64,000 nucleotides of DNA from contig JAMIGE010000022.1 of assembly GCA_035905815.1 (NCBI GenBank), positions 18,360 to 82,359 on the forward strand, given 5' to 3'. Position numbers and translations under genes: made by a program. Below are positions 40,779 through 50,397 of this stretch, piece after piece (the stretch's first letter is position 1; each line of letters starts with the position of its first letter). The notes beneath the pieces were generated by a model. That model did not search any database and was not told the origin of the DNA. It worked only from the letters and a program-made list of their open reading frames with translations. This DNA is from Minisyncoccota bacterium (GTDB taxonomy: Bacteria > Patescibacteriota > Minisyncoccia > Phycocordibacterales > UBA5272).

Positions 40779-41492
40779 TTATGGAACCCATATTCCAAAC
40801 CTTGGAAGCAGCTTATACATTTCTAGTTTAACGCTCTCCAAAGCTTTTGCTCTTTTTACATTTTCATTATGGAATTCTGAAAGCTTTATCATGAGGCAAT
40901 CTAATGTGCCTGGAATGAGACCGTTATCAATAATTGTCTTTATCGATTCCGAATGCTTTAGATCGGTGAGCTTTGGATCAACATACTTTAAATAGTGTAT
41001 AAGATCCGCTACGGGAATTTGTGTCACCTTTGTAACAGTAGTCTTGCGGCATGGACTTGATACCACACTTAGCGAAACATCTTCAAAGTATATGCATCCG
41101 CAATCTTCTAAGTCCAATGCAAATGAAACCATGGACATCCTATCCGCTTTTGCTAATCTTGACTTGCGTCCCGCACCTATAAATAGTTGAGCAGGATATA
41201 ATGCGCAAGGCGCAAAGCCAGAATTTCCAAAGGCATCACGGCGGAAGGCCACTTCACCTCCGGAATACCTTTTTACGTACGCAGCTATCAACGCTTTGTG
41301 ATCTCTAAATCCATTTTCAAATCTAAGAGATGCTAGCATGGCTGCACATTTTCGCCCTACAGTGTACAAGAGCTGTAGCTGCTGAGTGGCAGTTAAACTC
41401 TTAATATCAATAATATCTCCTTGTACAAGCCGTGCAAAGACTGCACTAACGCTGGCATCTTGAGGGATTTTTGTTTCAGTTGACTCTATCAT
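40779..41492 (-). CDS. Hypothetical protein (cassette K)
   Basis: GGAG SD before MIESTE; TTGACT-17-TAGGCT promoter at 41540-41568; terminator at 40751-40774. Confidence 0.75.
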   Translation of the reverse strand: MIESTETKIPQDASVSAVFARLVQGDIIDIKSLTATQQLQLLYTVGRKCAAMLASLRFENGFRDHKALIAAYVKRYSGGEVAFRRDAFGNSGFAPCALYPAQLFIGAGRKSRLAKADRMSMVSFALDLEDCGCIYFEDVSLSVVSSPCRKTTVTKVTQIPVADLIHYLKYVDPKLTDLKHSESIKTIIDNGLIPGTLDCLMIKLSEFHNENVKRAKALESVKLEMYKLLPRFGIWVP

Positions 41493-41625
41493 TATACTCT
41501 CCAAAAATTTAATATACCCAATACTGGGCCCTAAGCACAAGCCTATTAAAATTAGCTACAAAAGTCAAGTAGTATTGCTTTATATTGAATTCTATAGTAC
41601 TATATATAGATAATTATATAAAACA

Positions 41626-42141
41626 TTGGCAGAAAAAATTTTAATCAACAACGCAATCAAATCTCGTGAATTGCGAGTTATAGGTCCAGTCGGGGAGAAT
41701 TTAGGAGTAATAAGTAAAGATGAAGCTTTGGCTGCGGCCAAGCGTGCTGGGCTCGACCTTATAGAAGTGTCTGGCCAGTCTACACCACCAGTTGCCAAGA
41801 TAATGGATTACGGAAAGTATGTATATGAGCTATCTAAAAAGGCCAAAGATGTGAAGGCTAAGTCTCACTCAACAGAGACGAAGGTGGTGCAGACAAGTAT
41901 TGGTATTAGCGAGCATGACATATCTATCAAAGCCAAACAAGCAGCAGAATGGCTAAAGGAAGGCCATAGAGTAAAAGTAGAGATGCAAGTTAAGGGTAGA
42001 AGCAAGTACATGGATGAAGGATTCCTACGCGAGAGGCTAAATAGAATGCTAGCTGTTATACCAGCCCAATACAAAATTGCAGAGCCTCCTAAAAAGCTGC
42101 CAAAAGGTGGATTCTACACAGTGCTTGAAAGTTCCAAATAA
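41626..42141 (+). CDS. infC: Translation initiation factor IF-3 (non-AUG start)
   Basis: IN..I...ELRVI, LDLIEVS, PPVAKIMDYGKY; in-frame TAA at 41611 leaves only TTG/ATT starts. Confidence 0.95.
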   Translation: MAEKILINNAIKSRELRVIGPVGENLGVISKDEALAAAKRAGLDLIEVSGQSTPPVAKIMDYGKYVYELSKKAKDVKAKSHSTETKVVQTSIGISEHDISIKAKQAAEWLKEGHRVKVEMQVKGRSKYMDEGFLRERLNRMLAVIPAQYKIAEPPKKLPKGGFYTVLESSK

Positions 42142-42162
42142 ATGTGCTAATATACTATAACT

Positions 42163-42354
42163 ATGAAAACAAACAAAAGCTATACCAAAAGGCTTAAGGT
42201 TACAAAGAATGGTAAAATCCTTGCTAGAAAGCCAGGACAGAATCACTTTAATTCTAGAGCAACAGGAACTCGCACTATAGCCGGAAGGAGGATGAGTGAG
42301 TTTAAGATGACAGGAAAAGAAAAGTCTAGGTTCTTACCAGGTCTTGTAAAGTAA
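42163..42354 (+). CDS. rpmI: 50S ribosomal protein L35
   Basis: MKT.KS..KR.KVT..GK; position between infC and rplT. Confidence 0.93.
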   Translation: MKTNKSYTKRLKVTKNGKILARKPGQNHFNSRATGTRTIAGRRMSEFKMTGKEKSRFLPGLVK

Positions 42355-42373
42355 TAATTTTAATAATAAATAT

Positions 42374-42718
42374 ATGTCAAGAGTTAAAAGAGGTGTAATC
42401 TCAAACAAAAAAAGAAAGAATATTCTAAAGGCTGCTAAAGGCTTTAGATTTGGTAGATCTACTAAAGAGATCGAAGCTCGCGTAGGTCTTAAAAAGGCAG
42501 GAGCACACGCTTTCGCACACAGAAAGGACTTTAAGAATGATATGAGAAGGCTGTGGACTGTAAAGCTTGGCGCAGTATTAAGAGAAGAAGGCACTAATCA
42601 CAGCACTTTCATTAAGGCGCTTAAGACTAAGAGCATTGAACTTGATAGAAAGATACTTGCTGATCTAGCAGTTAATCATCCTGAAGCATTAAAGCAAATA
42701 ATTACTTCAGTTAAGTAA
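42374..42718 (+). CDS. rplT: 50S ribosomal protein L20
   Basis: MSRVKRG, LK.AKGF, R.LW, LDRKILADLA. Confidence 0.96.
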   Translation: MSRVKRGVISNKKRKNILKAAKGFRFGRSTKEIEARVGLKKAGAHAFAHRKDFKNDMRRLWTVKLGAVLREEGTNHSTFIKALKTKSIELDRKILADLAVNHPEALKQIITSVK

Positions 42719-42734
42719 TCAGAAATTATTTAGC

Positions 42735-42780
42735 ACAAATTAAAATAGGCTGGCCATATGGTCAGCCTATTTTAATTTGT
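42735..42780. terminator. Bidirectional terminator
   Basis: acaaattaaaataggctggcc/ggtcagcctattttaatttgt. Confidence 0.85.
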
Positions 42781-42806
42781 TATGCGTCGATCTTATATTG
42801 TATATA

Positions 42807-43445
42807 TTACCCCCTGACCTCATCTGTATGATAACTCGGAGGCACAGCTGTGAATGGCTTTTGACAATCGTTACCACAAGTTAATAGCATTTCCTTTATC
42901 CTCTCTACTAGTCTAGCTGGATCTGTATCAAAAATTACTTTTGGATTGGTCCTATTACTATTTTTAATTATACCCTTTATTACCTCATCCGTTCCCCATG
43001 GCCCCTCAAGGACTCCTACAGGTATGTCACTTTCCCACCCAATAGTAAACTCGTGTATAGTACCGATTCTACCGCAGCCGATTATAATAGCATCACTACT
43101 CCTCACTAGCATCATATCCCTACCCGGGAAGCCAAATCCAGTATATATCATTGCGTCCACATAGTCGGTTGGCAGCTTGTATATTTCAGTATGCTCCTTC
43201 TTCGTAGCAGCAGGAGAAAGCCCAAATGCAAATCCACCAATTTTTTTGAATCCTTGATTTACATAATAGGGGAACCCAGTGGTGGCACCTGTCGCTAATT
43301 GGAATCCAGCTTTAGAAATAGATGCCCCCAACTCATATGCCTTGGCTACTACATCAGCACCGCAATGCGATACTTCTGCTGCACCACTTATACATATTGT
43401 AAATTTTTGTAATTCGTCTCTATTGTTTATTATTTCTGTTGTCAT
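42807..43445 (-). CDS. LOG family protein (TIGR00725-like)
   Basis: TGATTG.P, SPA, TGFG..GR, G..GT.HE. Confidence 0.85.
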   Translation of the reverse strand: MTTEIINNRDELQKFTICISGAAEVSHCGADVVAKAYELGASISKAGFQLATGATTGFPYYVNQGFKKIGGFAFGLSPAATKKEHTEIYKLPTDYVDAMIYTGFGFPGRDMMLVRSSDAIIIGCGRIGTIHEFTIGWESDIPVGVLEGPWGTDEVIKGIIKNSNRTNPKVIFDTDPARLVERIKEMLLTCGNDCQKPFTAVPPSYHTDEVRG

Positions 43446-43450
43446 ATTAT

Positions 43451-44821
43451 TTACATTTCTAATTCTACTATTTCATCCACTTGGGGTACTTTTACATTTA
43501 AATTGTAATGCTCGCTTAGCCTTTGTGCTAGGAAGTACGCACTTTTAGGCTCGCCTAATATTACAAATACTTTCTCCAAGGTATCTGCTGCTCTGCCTAC
43601 CAGCTCTTGCAAGTGCTGGCTATCCTTATGCGCGCTAAACCCATGTATATCAATTATCTTTGCTCTCACTTTTACATCAGAGCCGTTAATACGCACATGA
43701 TCTGCCCCATCCTGCAGCATACGCCCTGTTGTACCTGCCGCCTGATATCCTACCAATAGCAAAGTTGTAGTTGGATTACCCAAATGCTGCTCAGCATGAT
43801 GCATAATTCTACCACCACTCATCATGCCAGATCCAGCAATGATGACCTTGGGATTGGGTGATGTATTAATTGCCTTGCTCTCCTCTTTAGTCTCTGTGAT
43901 GTGCAGACCTTTAAAATTGAATATGTCATCATGCTTGATCACCGCATTTGCTGAATCGTTAAAATAGCTTTCATATTTCTTATACACCTTTGTGATGTTA
44001 ATAGCAAGTGGCGAGTCCAAATACATATCAATTGCAGGTATTGTAGCTGTTTCTACCATGTTGTTAATATAATACAGTAGCTCCTGTGTGCGCTCTATAC
44101 TAAACGCTGGTATAAGCAAAGTGCCGCTTTTGGCTACCGTATCCTTAATCGCATCACGCAATAGCTTTACCCTATCTTCTACATCTTCATGATTCCTATC
44201 CCCATACACGCTTTCGATTGCTAGATAGTTCACCCCTTTTAGTTGCTCTGTGTCGCGCATTAGCGGATTCGGATTATTACCAAGGTCTCCAGTAAAGACC
44301 AATCTCTTGCCATTTATACTGATCTCAACCATAGCACTTCCTAATATGTGTCCAGCGTCTAAAAGTTTAAATGTTACTATGCCCTCACTAGTATGCATTG
44401 GCAATACCTCATGATATGGCAGGGCGTGCCAATTATTACTAGCTTTGGCTACGTCAGCCTCATAATACAGAGGCTCTAGCCCGTCACGCTCTGCCTCTTT
44501 AGCTAGTACTCCTAGACTGTCTTCCATAATATATGCAGCCATGTCCTTGGTAGGTGGGGTGCTATATATTGGGCCACAATACCCATCGCGAACCAGCTTG
44601 GGTATTCTGCCTACATGATCTAAATGGGCGTGGGTAACAAATAGCGCATCTACTGATTTTACATCATATGTGAATGCCTCCCAATTAGACTCGGTAGCCA
44701 TTTTACTACCTTGATAGAGTCCACAATCTACTAATATATTCTTGTCACCTATTGTAATTAAAAAGTTCGAACCAGTTGGACTTTCAGCACCTCCTGCAAA
44801 TTGTATTTTTATTTTAGCCAT
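43451..44821 (-). CDS. MBL-fold metallo-hydrolase, beta-CASP ribonuclease family
   Basis: DCG.YQG, THAHLDH.G, AGHILGS, GDLG, ES.YG, SGM..GGR, FSAH. Confidence 0.93.
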   Translation of the reverse strand: MAKIKIQFAGGAESPTGSNFLITIGDKNILVDCGLYQGSKMATESNWEAFTYDVKSVDALFVTHAHLDHVGRIPKLVRDGYCGPIYSTPPTKDMAAYIMEDSLGVLAKEAERDGLEPLYYEADVAKASNNWHALPYHEVLPMHTSEGIVTFKLLDAGHILGSAMVEISINGKRLVFTGDLGNNPNPLMRDTEQLKGVNYLAIESVYGDRNHEDVEDRVKLLRDAIKDTVAKSGTLLIPAFSIERTQELLYYINNMVETATIPAIDMYLDSPLAINITKVYKKYESYFNDSANAVIKHDDIFNFKGLHITETKEESKAINTSPNPKVIIAGSGMMSGGRIMHHAEQHLGNPTTTLLLVGYQAAGTTGRMLQDGADHVRINGSDVKVRAKIIDIHGFSAHKDSQHLQELVGRAADTLEKVFVILGEPKSAYFLAQRLSEHYNLNVKVPQVDEIVELEM

Positions 44822-45252
44822 GTGAATTTGAATTTATTATAGCATACAATTACAGCGCCTAATATATCATTACCCACATCTATCATAGTATCAGCAGCGC
44901 CGCCCCACTTCACTACATATCCATAATAATACATTGCAAACTCATATATTTCCCATACTATACCCACAATCAACACGAATACAAAAATGCAAAAGGAGAT
45001 CTTCTGATTATTCTTATTTAAAACAGTAGCGACATCAGTAGGCGAACTCAAATTATTATAAAGAAGCGCGTAACCAATATTTGCAAATATAAATCCCCCG
45101 AATATATGAAAGGGAATGTCGAGCCACCAGAGCACATCAAAGGCATTAAGTGTATTGAGCGGCACAGTGGCAATCCAGAATGTAAATGCAGCAATCACCA
45201 GATATGTGATTAATATTTTATATTTTATATTTCCTAAATATGAATTTATCAT
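44809..45252 (-). CDS. Hypothetical membrane protein (HxxGG/WExxE family)
   Basis: D...H..GG, WEIYE, DT..D...D..G. Confidence 0.75.
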   Translation of the reverse strand: MINSYLGNIKYKILITYLVIAAFTFWIATVPLNTLNAFDVLWWLDIPFHIFGGFIFANIGYALLYNNLSSPTDVATVLNKNNQKISFCIFVFVLIVGIVWEIYEFAMYYYGYVVKWGGAADTMIDVGNDILGAVIVCYNKFKFTWLK

Positions 45253-45502
45253 AATAATAATTATATCACAAAATCCACCTGTTGTAGGTGGATTTGGGCT
45301 GGCTATTACCTGTAGTGTTACAGGTGGGTAAAGAAAGTACAGCGCCTCAGCATTGTATCAATATCTTATAACCCTAGAATTTATTATTCAGATAAATTGC
45401 TAGCTAATATAATTATAATACTTCTGTAAAATTTTGCAAATCAAAAGCGGGTCATACCCGCTTTTGATTTAAAACCACACGTTACGAATATACAGTAATA
45501 TA

Positions 45503-46114
45503 CTACTCAGCAATTCCATCCAAATTCACATCATATAGCATGACTTCGGTAACTAATTTGTAATTGTATATCTCCTCAGGAGTAAACCATACACCTACCT
45601 CATAATTATATGCCTCTGGCCCATCAGCAGGATCGGTACAATGTATTAGATTGCGCATTCCTCTTGATCCATCTACATCGCAAAGGAAGAATGAATCCAA
45701 GGCATAATCTCCACGTATAGTACCAGTATCTGCTGTCGTTGGCTCTGTGCCGCCTACTAGCCTCTTCACAACAGCCTGTGACTGATTACCCTCTATCACC
45801 ATACACACTACAGGGCAAGCAGCAATGTAGTGCACCATTTTCCTGATAATATCCCTTCCGTATTCAATAGCTTCCTTCTCTATAGGCATGCCAAGCTTGG
45901 TCCTGTTCTCTATAATTCCCTGACCTTTTCTGGTATACCATGCGTCATCCTTATTATAATGCTTGAAAATTAATTCTTCGTTAGCCTGAGTCATTTTCAT
46001 TGCTACAATTTTAAGACCAATACGCTCGAATCTGGTAATAATATCCCCTACTAGGCCACGCTGAACAGTGTCAGGCTTTAGTATTACAAATGTTCTTTCT
46101 TTTTTTGGATGCAT
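45503..46114 (-). CDS. ndk: Nucleoside diphosphate kinase
   Basis: ERTFVILKPD.VQRGLVG, GTIRGD, RNLIH. Confidence 0.95.
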   Translation of the reverse strand: MHPKKERTFVILKPDTVQRGLVGDIITRFERIGLKIVAMKMTQANEELIFKHYNKDDAWYTRKGQGIIENRTKLGMPIEKEAIEYGRDIIRKMVHYIAACPVVCMVIEGNQSQAVVKRLVGGTEPTTADTGTIRGDYALDSFFLCDVDGSRGMRNLIHCTDPADGPEAYNYEVGVWFTPEEIYNYKLVTEVMLYDVNLDGIAE

Positions 46115-46169
46115 ATATTTTAATTACAATTACTACTAATTTATACTACCATTATATCATAATAGTGCA

Positions 46170-46218
46170 TATATTAAAACAAAAGCTGCACATTATGTGC
46201 AGCTTTTGTTTTAATATA
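46170..46218 (-). terminator. Terminator of rpsF-ssb-rpsR
   Basis: ~24-bp perfect inverted repeat. Confidence 0.85.
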
Positions 46219-46260
46219 AATATTTTATAGAGGCTTTGACTCTGCCAGCAATGAATATTA

Positions 46261-46458
46261 TTATCTAGATACGTATGGAAGTAGCCCCATGAATCTAGCT
46301 CTCTTAATAGCTTCTGCTATTGATCTCTGTGCCTTCGCTGTCGCACCTGACTTCCTTCTATTTTGAATTCTAGAGTGAGTGTTGATGTGCTTCTTTAGAA
46401 GGTCTAGATTCTTATAATCTATTACGTTTTTAATATTTACTTTTTTAGTTTCTTTCAT
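46261..46458 (-). CDS. rpsR: 30S ribosomal protein S18
   Basis: IDYKN, AIKRARFMGLLPY. Confidence 0.95.
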   Translation of the reverse strand: MKETKKVNIKNVIDYKNLDLLKKHINTHSRIQNRRKSGATAKAQRSIAEAIKRARFMGLLPYVSR

Positions 46459-46466
46459 AGTTTTAA

Positions 46467-46919
46467 TTAGAATGGTATATCATTTGGATCTATCTCTTCT
46501 CCGTAGTCTATATTGTCTACACTGTTACCTTTGTCAGACACACTAGCTGACTTGTCTCCTTCAGCTGTTATTGTACTACTTGCTGCGCCTGCTTTTGGAC
46601 CGAACTGAACTGAATCTGCGATGATTTCTGTCCTGTACTTTTTAGTACTTGTAGCAGCATCGTCCCAGCTTCTTGTCTGTATTCTGCCTTCGACTAGTAC
46701 TGACTGGCCTTTGCGCAAGTATTGATTACATAGCTCGGCACTTTTACCAAATACCACAATATTATGATATTCGACTTGCTCCTGCTTGGCACCATTGTTA
46801 TCCTTGTATACACGATTAGTAGCCACACTGAAGTTAGTAACATTAGAGCCTGTAGGCATAGCCTTCATCTCTGGATCACGAGTAAGGTTCCCCAATACAT
46901 ACACTTTGTTTAAATACAT
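46467..46919 (-). CDS. ssb: Single-stranded DNA-binding protein
   Basis: NKV..LGNL.RDPE, EGR.QTRSW, acidic DIPF tail. Confidence 0.97.
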   Translation of the reverse strand: MYLNKVYVLGNLTRDPEMKAMPTGSNVTNFSVATNRVYKDNNGAKQEQVEYHNIVVFGKSAELCNQYLRKGQSVLVEGRIQTRSWDDAATSTKKYRTEIIADSVQFGPKAGAASSTITAEGDKSASVSDKGNSVDNIDYGEEIDPNDIPF

Positions 46920-46956
46920 ATATGTTTATTATTATTGATATACCTTTATTGTACTT

Positions 46957-47451
46957 TTAAATAGCCTTCTCCGCAACCACCTCTTCCACAACCTCTAGAG
47001 GAGCAATTACATCTGCGATATCAGATACAGTTGTATCGATTTGTGATGGGTCTGCGGCCTCTACAGGAGAGATCTTGTCTTCTTCTCTTCTTGTAATAAT
47101 ATTAGTATCCTTGTCTGCCTTTACAATCATGAATCTAACGATTTCTTCATCTAGGTCCAGCTTCTTTTTAATACTTATAAGTTTGCTTGGCTCTAAATCG
47201 AACTTTACCCAAGAGAAATATCCTGTGTCGAATCTAGTGTTAGCATTTTTAATTACGCGTATCATCTCATAAGCTAGCCCTCTTAAATATGGAGCTTCTT
47301 CTGAAATGAAGCTAGCTCCTTCGCTAGCAATAAGCTGCTTGACCGCGTCAAACTTCTCAAGCGCCGCCTCCTCGCTCATAGTATTTACAAAAATACTTGC
47401 TAGCTCGTATGTACGACTGCCTATTATGGTTTCATTTATATTTTCTTGCAT
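46957..47451 (-). CDS. rpsF: 30S ribosomal protein S6
   Basis: YEL, LAY.., GYF, R..I; rpsF-ssb-rpsR order. Confidence 0.88.
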   Translation of the reverse strand: MQENINETIIGSRTYELASIFVNTMSEEAALEKFDAVKQLIASEGASFISEEAPYLRGLAYEMIRVIKNANTRFDTGYFSWVKFDLEPSKLISIKKKLDLDEEIVRFMIVKADKDTNIITRREEDKISPVEAADPSQIDTTVSDIADVIAPLEVVEEVVAEKAI

Positions 47452-47500
47452 AGGGTAATATTATATCACAAATATAGATTTAAGTCTACCTTTGCTCAAT

Positions 47501-48187
47501 TTACCCCAAATAGTTATCTGTCATGATTTTGGTCGCTATTTGTCTGAATTGCTGACCCACGCCCCCCTTCACCCTGAATCCAGCAGCGATAACTAACTGT
47601 ATGTGATAATATTTAACTGGCTTTGCTTTTGCTTTGGCGGCAGTATCATGTGACTGCGAAACTTCTATTACAAGGTCATTGGTAGCTAAGCCATCCTCGT
47701 CTATTGCTGATTTAATATACTTGGCCATTAGTAGCGGGGTAATACCGTATATATCTGCAGCATCCTTGGCAGTCTTCCATATATCATTATTAATCGTGTC
47801 TTTAAAAGTTGCTGTCGTAGGCTTGCTTTGTACTGGCACGCTATTTTTATCTGTGTCATCGTAATCATTGCTTTCCACTACAGCGCTTGCACTAGATACC
47901 TTTCTATTTCTTAAATGATTACGCTCTATAACTTGGGCACGTGTGACTTCGCCAATTCCTCCGGCAGGTGTGTATGCAGCAGGGCTAACTTCATCATACG
48001 TTTGGCTGTGATTATTATGTGTGGAAGTATTTTTGGTGTTAGTTTTAGTGTTAGTGTTAGGCATCTCATCTTCCACAATAAAATTATCCGAAATATTTAA
48101 TATTTCATCATCATCTTCTTCCATCAACAATTTTTGTAGCCAACTCATACTTTTATTATACATTAATTTCAAATTTATTGCATCCAC
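47501..48187 (-). CDS. Hypothetical protein (acidic, low-complexity N-terminal half)
   Basis: 228 aa ORF; true start may be MSWLQ. Confidence 0.6.
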   Translation of the reverse strand: MDAINLKLMYNKSMSWLQKLLMEEDDDEILNISDNFIVEDEMPNTNTKTNTKNTSTHNNHSQTYDEVSPAAYTPAGGIGEVTRAQVIERNHLRNRKVSSASAVVESNDYDDTDKNSVPVQSKPTTATFKDTINNDIWKTAKDAADIYGITPLLMAKYIKSAIDEDGLATNDLVIEVSQSHDTAAKAKAKPVKYYHIQLVIAAGFRVKGGVGQQFRQIATKIMTDNYLG

Positions 48188-48208
48188 AGTTTTGCATATT
48201 CAAAATAT

Positions 48209-49102
48209 TTATTGTAGAAAGTCTCTGATAAAATTTCTATACAGTACATTAGATAACTCTTCCCTGTCTATACTCTTAATCTCTGCAATTTTATCAATTA
48301 TGATTCCAATATTAAGTGGACTATTCCTTTGCGACACTTTCTTGCCGCCCGGCCCCCGCGGTGATACATATGGACTATCAGTCTCTGCATGTATTGAATC
48401 AATTGGTAAGTATCTAACTACATCATCGTATTCACTAGTGATTGTAAGTACGCCTCCTAAGCTGAATGTAAAGCCTAATCCTAAAAACTGTTTTGCTATT
48501 TCTATATCCCCAACAAAGAAGTGCACATTGCCTCTTAAATTATCCCCTGCCCCCGCTTGCTTCTCCTCATTTAATATTTCTAGCATATCAATATACGCAT
48601 CCATACCATTTGAATTTATTATGTCATCCTTAGTGCTCGGCCTGCCGTGTAGCATAAGCGGCAGATTGTGAGAAAGTGCAAATTTTATTTGATCTTTAAA
48701 AAGAATTTTCTGTCTATTCTTTTCAGCTCGTCTCTTCTCTGACAATTCTACATCACTCAAATTATTAGTATTCTTTTTAATTTCAAGTTCGAGGTAATAA
48801 TAGTCCAATCCGCACTCCCCTACAGCTACACACTTAGGGTGTGAGGCAAGCTTTTCAAATTCACCACTATCGAATATAGCTGCAATATCATCATGCGGAT
48901 GCACACCAATAGTGAAATATATATTGTCCGACATGTCTGCTGTGCGCAGGGCATCTTGACTGGCTTTTAAATCTGTTCCTATCGTAACAGTTGCTATCCC
49001 AGACTTGCGCATCTCTTGAATTAGATCTTTCCTATCAGAGTCAAAAGCTTTGTCGTGCAAATGTGAATGGGCGTCTATATATTTAAAATTATTATCCGTC
49101 AT
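48209..49102 (-). CDS. TatD family hydrolase
   Basis: IDAHSHL, GVHPH, VGECGLDY, HFF, ETDSPY. Confidence 0.93.
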   Translation of the reverse strand: MTDNNFKYIDAHSHLHDKAFDSDRKDLIQEMRKSGIATVTIGTDLKASQDALRTADMSDNIYFTIGVHPHDDIAAIFDSGEFEKLASHPKCVAVGECGLDYYYLELEIKKNTNNLSDVELSEKRRAEKNRQKILFKDQIKFALSHNLPLMLHGRPSTKDDIINSNGMDAYIDMLEILNEEKQAGAGDNLRGNVHFFVGDIEIAKQFLGLGFTFSLGGVLTITSEYDDVVRYLPIDSIHAETDSPYVSPRGPGGKKVSQRNSPLNIGIIIDKIAEIKSIDREELSNVLYRNFIRDFLQ

Positions 49103-49189
49103 GATTATAAGCTACACTATATCATTTATTATAATAAATAAAAAGCAGCCACAGCTGCTTTACAACTTTATAGTTCAGTCTCATGTATG

Positions 49190-49891
49190 TTAAGAATTAT
49201 GCACACTAGATACAAAGTCACTCATTTCTTGCGCTGACATATTAGGCTGTATAGTCAGTAGAAAGTCTGTCACTCCTGACATAGCCAGTCCTCTAAGGTC
49301 TGCAGAGTAAGGAGAGCAGCTCACCGCGATCCTGGATGTGGGCGACACTGCGCCACACAATACCAGTCGCCCATGTGCCGGCGAAGCGTCCTTGGTTGTA
49401 CCAGATATTACCGGTATCGCCTTGGATATGGATATCGCTCGCACTACCTCTGGCACCAGCCCGCGATCGCCGTGCTTCACTATTTGTGGTACCGATACAT
49501 AAAAGGTCGAGTTCTGGGATTTGCTGTTCATCAGCTTGCGCGCGGCAGCCAATGAGCCGACATCTTCTATCTTTACTTCTTTGTCGTAATTTACTCCTGG
49601 CTGCGCCGACCAAAGCATAGACACCGACTCCGGCACAGACCTGGCAGCCACATCATTTGGCACATCTGTCAGGCTAACACCAATTGTTAATTTAATTGCA
49701 AGTTCATCATGCCATCTGCTAAAATGCGGCCAGTCAGACTTAGTCATCTTCACCATCAAACCATCAGCTTTAGATGCCGCCACAATTGCGGCCACCCTGC
49801 CCAGCTCGGTAGTGTTGTGAAATTCATATACCCATATAACCCGCAAATTCTGTGCCACCACTTGACTGTTATCGCTTGGAATTAAGCTCAT
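49190..49891 (-). CDS. Divergent TIM-barrel protein, possibly BtpA/SgcQ-like (cassette L)
   Basis: ADG, IGV.L, LW, SG.T, D.L pattern; GGAGG SD; promoter at 49928-49956; terminator at 49142-49161. Confidence 0.6.
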   Translation of the reverse strand: MSLIPSDNSQVVAQNLRVIWVYEFHNTTELGRVAAIVAASKADGLMVKMTKSDWPHFSRWHDELAIKLTIGVSLTDVPNDVAARSVPESVSMLWSAQPGVNYDKEVKIEDVGSLAAARKLMNSKSQNSTFYVSVPQIVKHGDRGLVPEVVRAISISKAIPVISGTTKDASPAHGRLVLCGAVSPTSRIAVSCSPYSADLRGLAMSGVTDFLLTIQPNMSAQEMSDFVSSVHNS

Positions 49892-49989
49892 GTTACCTCC
49901 AAATTTAAAGAGCTCTATACTGATGAGAGTCTACCATATTCTATACATTATGCAAATGAAAAGCCCCAAGGAAATCCTTGGGGCGTTTG

Positions 49990-50397
49990 TTATTTAGTTA
50001 TCACCACTTTGGTAATCTTTTGCCCGTACTGGTCGAAGAACGCCCAAGGGACATTCACACAACCGTTACTGACGGCCTTCCGATACTTAGGCTTCTTCTT
50101 GATCGCCTTTTCTCGAAACGATTTCGATGCTTCGTCGCCTTCGTACAGTCCGTGTACAGAAAACATTTCTGTCTCGGTTTCGTGGAAAGCAACGACGTGA
50201 CCCCGATATCCTGGCTGGTGCACGATCGCATACATTGCCGGAAATTCTCCGACAGGAGTACGATCACCCACCAACACATGTGTGCACTCTTGCCAGTATT
50301 CACCACCTGCCTTCAGTTCTGAAGGCAGGTGGCCACCGACACATGCCGTAGCATGCGCCAGGTTTACCGTAAGGGTCAAAGAAGCTAACCCCAACAT
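49990..50397 (-). CDS. L,D-transpeptidase-like (YkuD) secreted protein (cassette M gene 2)
   Basis: Signal peptide ending AHA; TP.G.F, FSVHG ... VSNGCVN catalytic His/Cys motif; terminator at 49959-49987. Confidence 0.75.
   Translation of the reverse strand: MLGLASLTLTVNLAHATACVGGHLPSELKAGGEYWQECTHVLVGDRTPVGEFPAMYAIVHQPGYRGHVVAFHETETEMFSVHGLYEGDEASKSFREKAIKKKPKYRKAVSNGCVNVPWAFFDQYGQKITKVVITK

Noticed and set aside
49928-49958. dif/cer-like Xer site (GCATAA TGTATA..ATATGGTAGA); similar arms near 7280-7300, 36452-36480 and 62443-62455
   Set aside because: The XerD-like arm coincides with the TRTGnTA extended -10 of the cassette promoters and the XerC arms are inconsistent; most simply explained as promoter sequence
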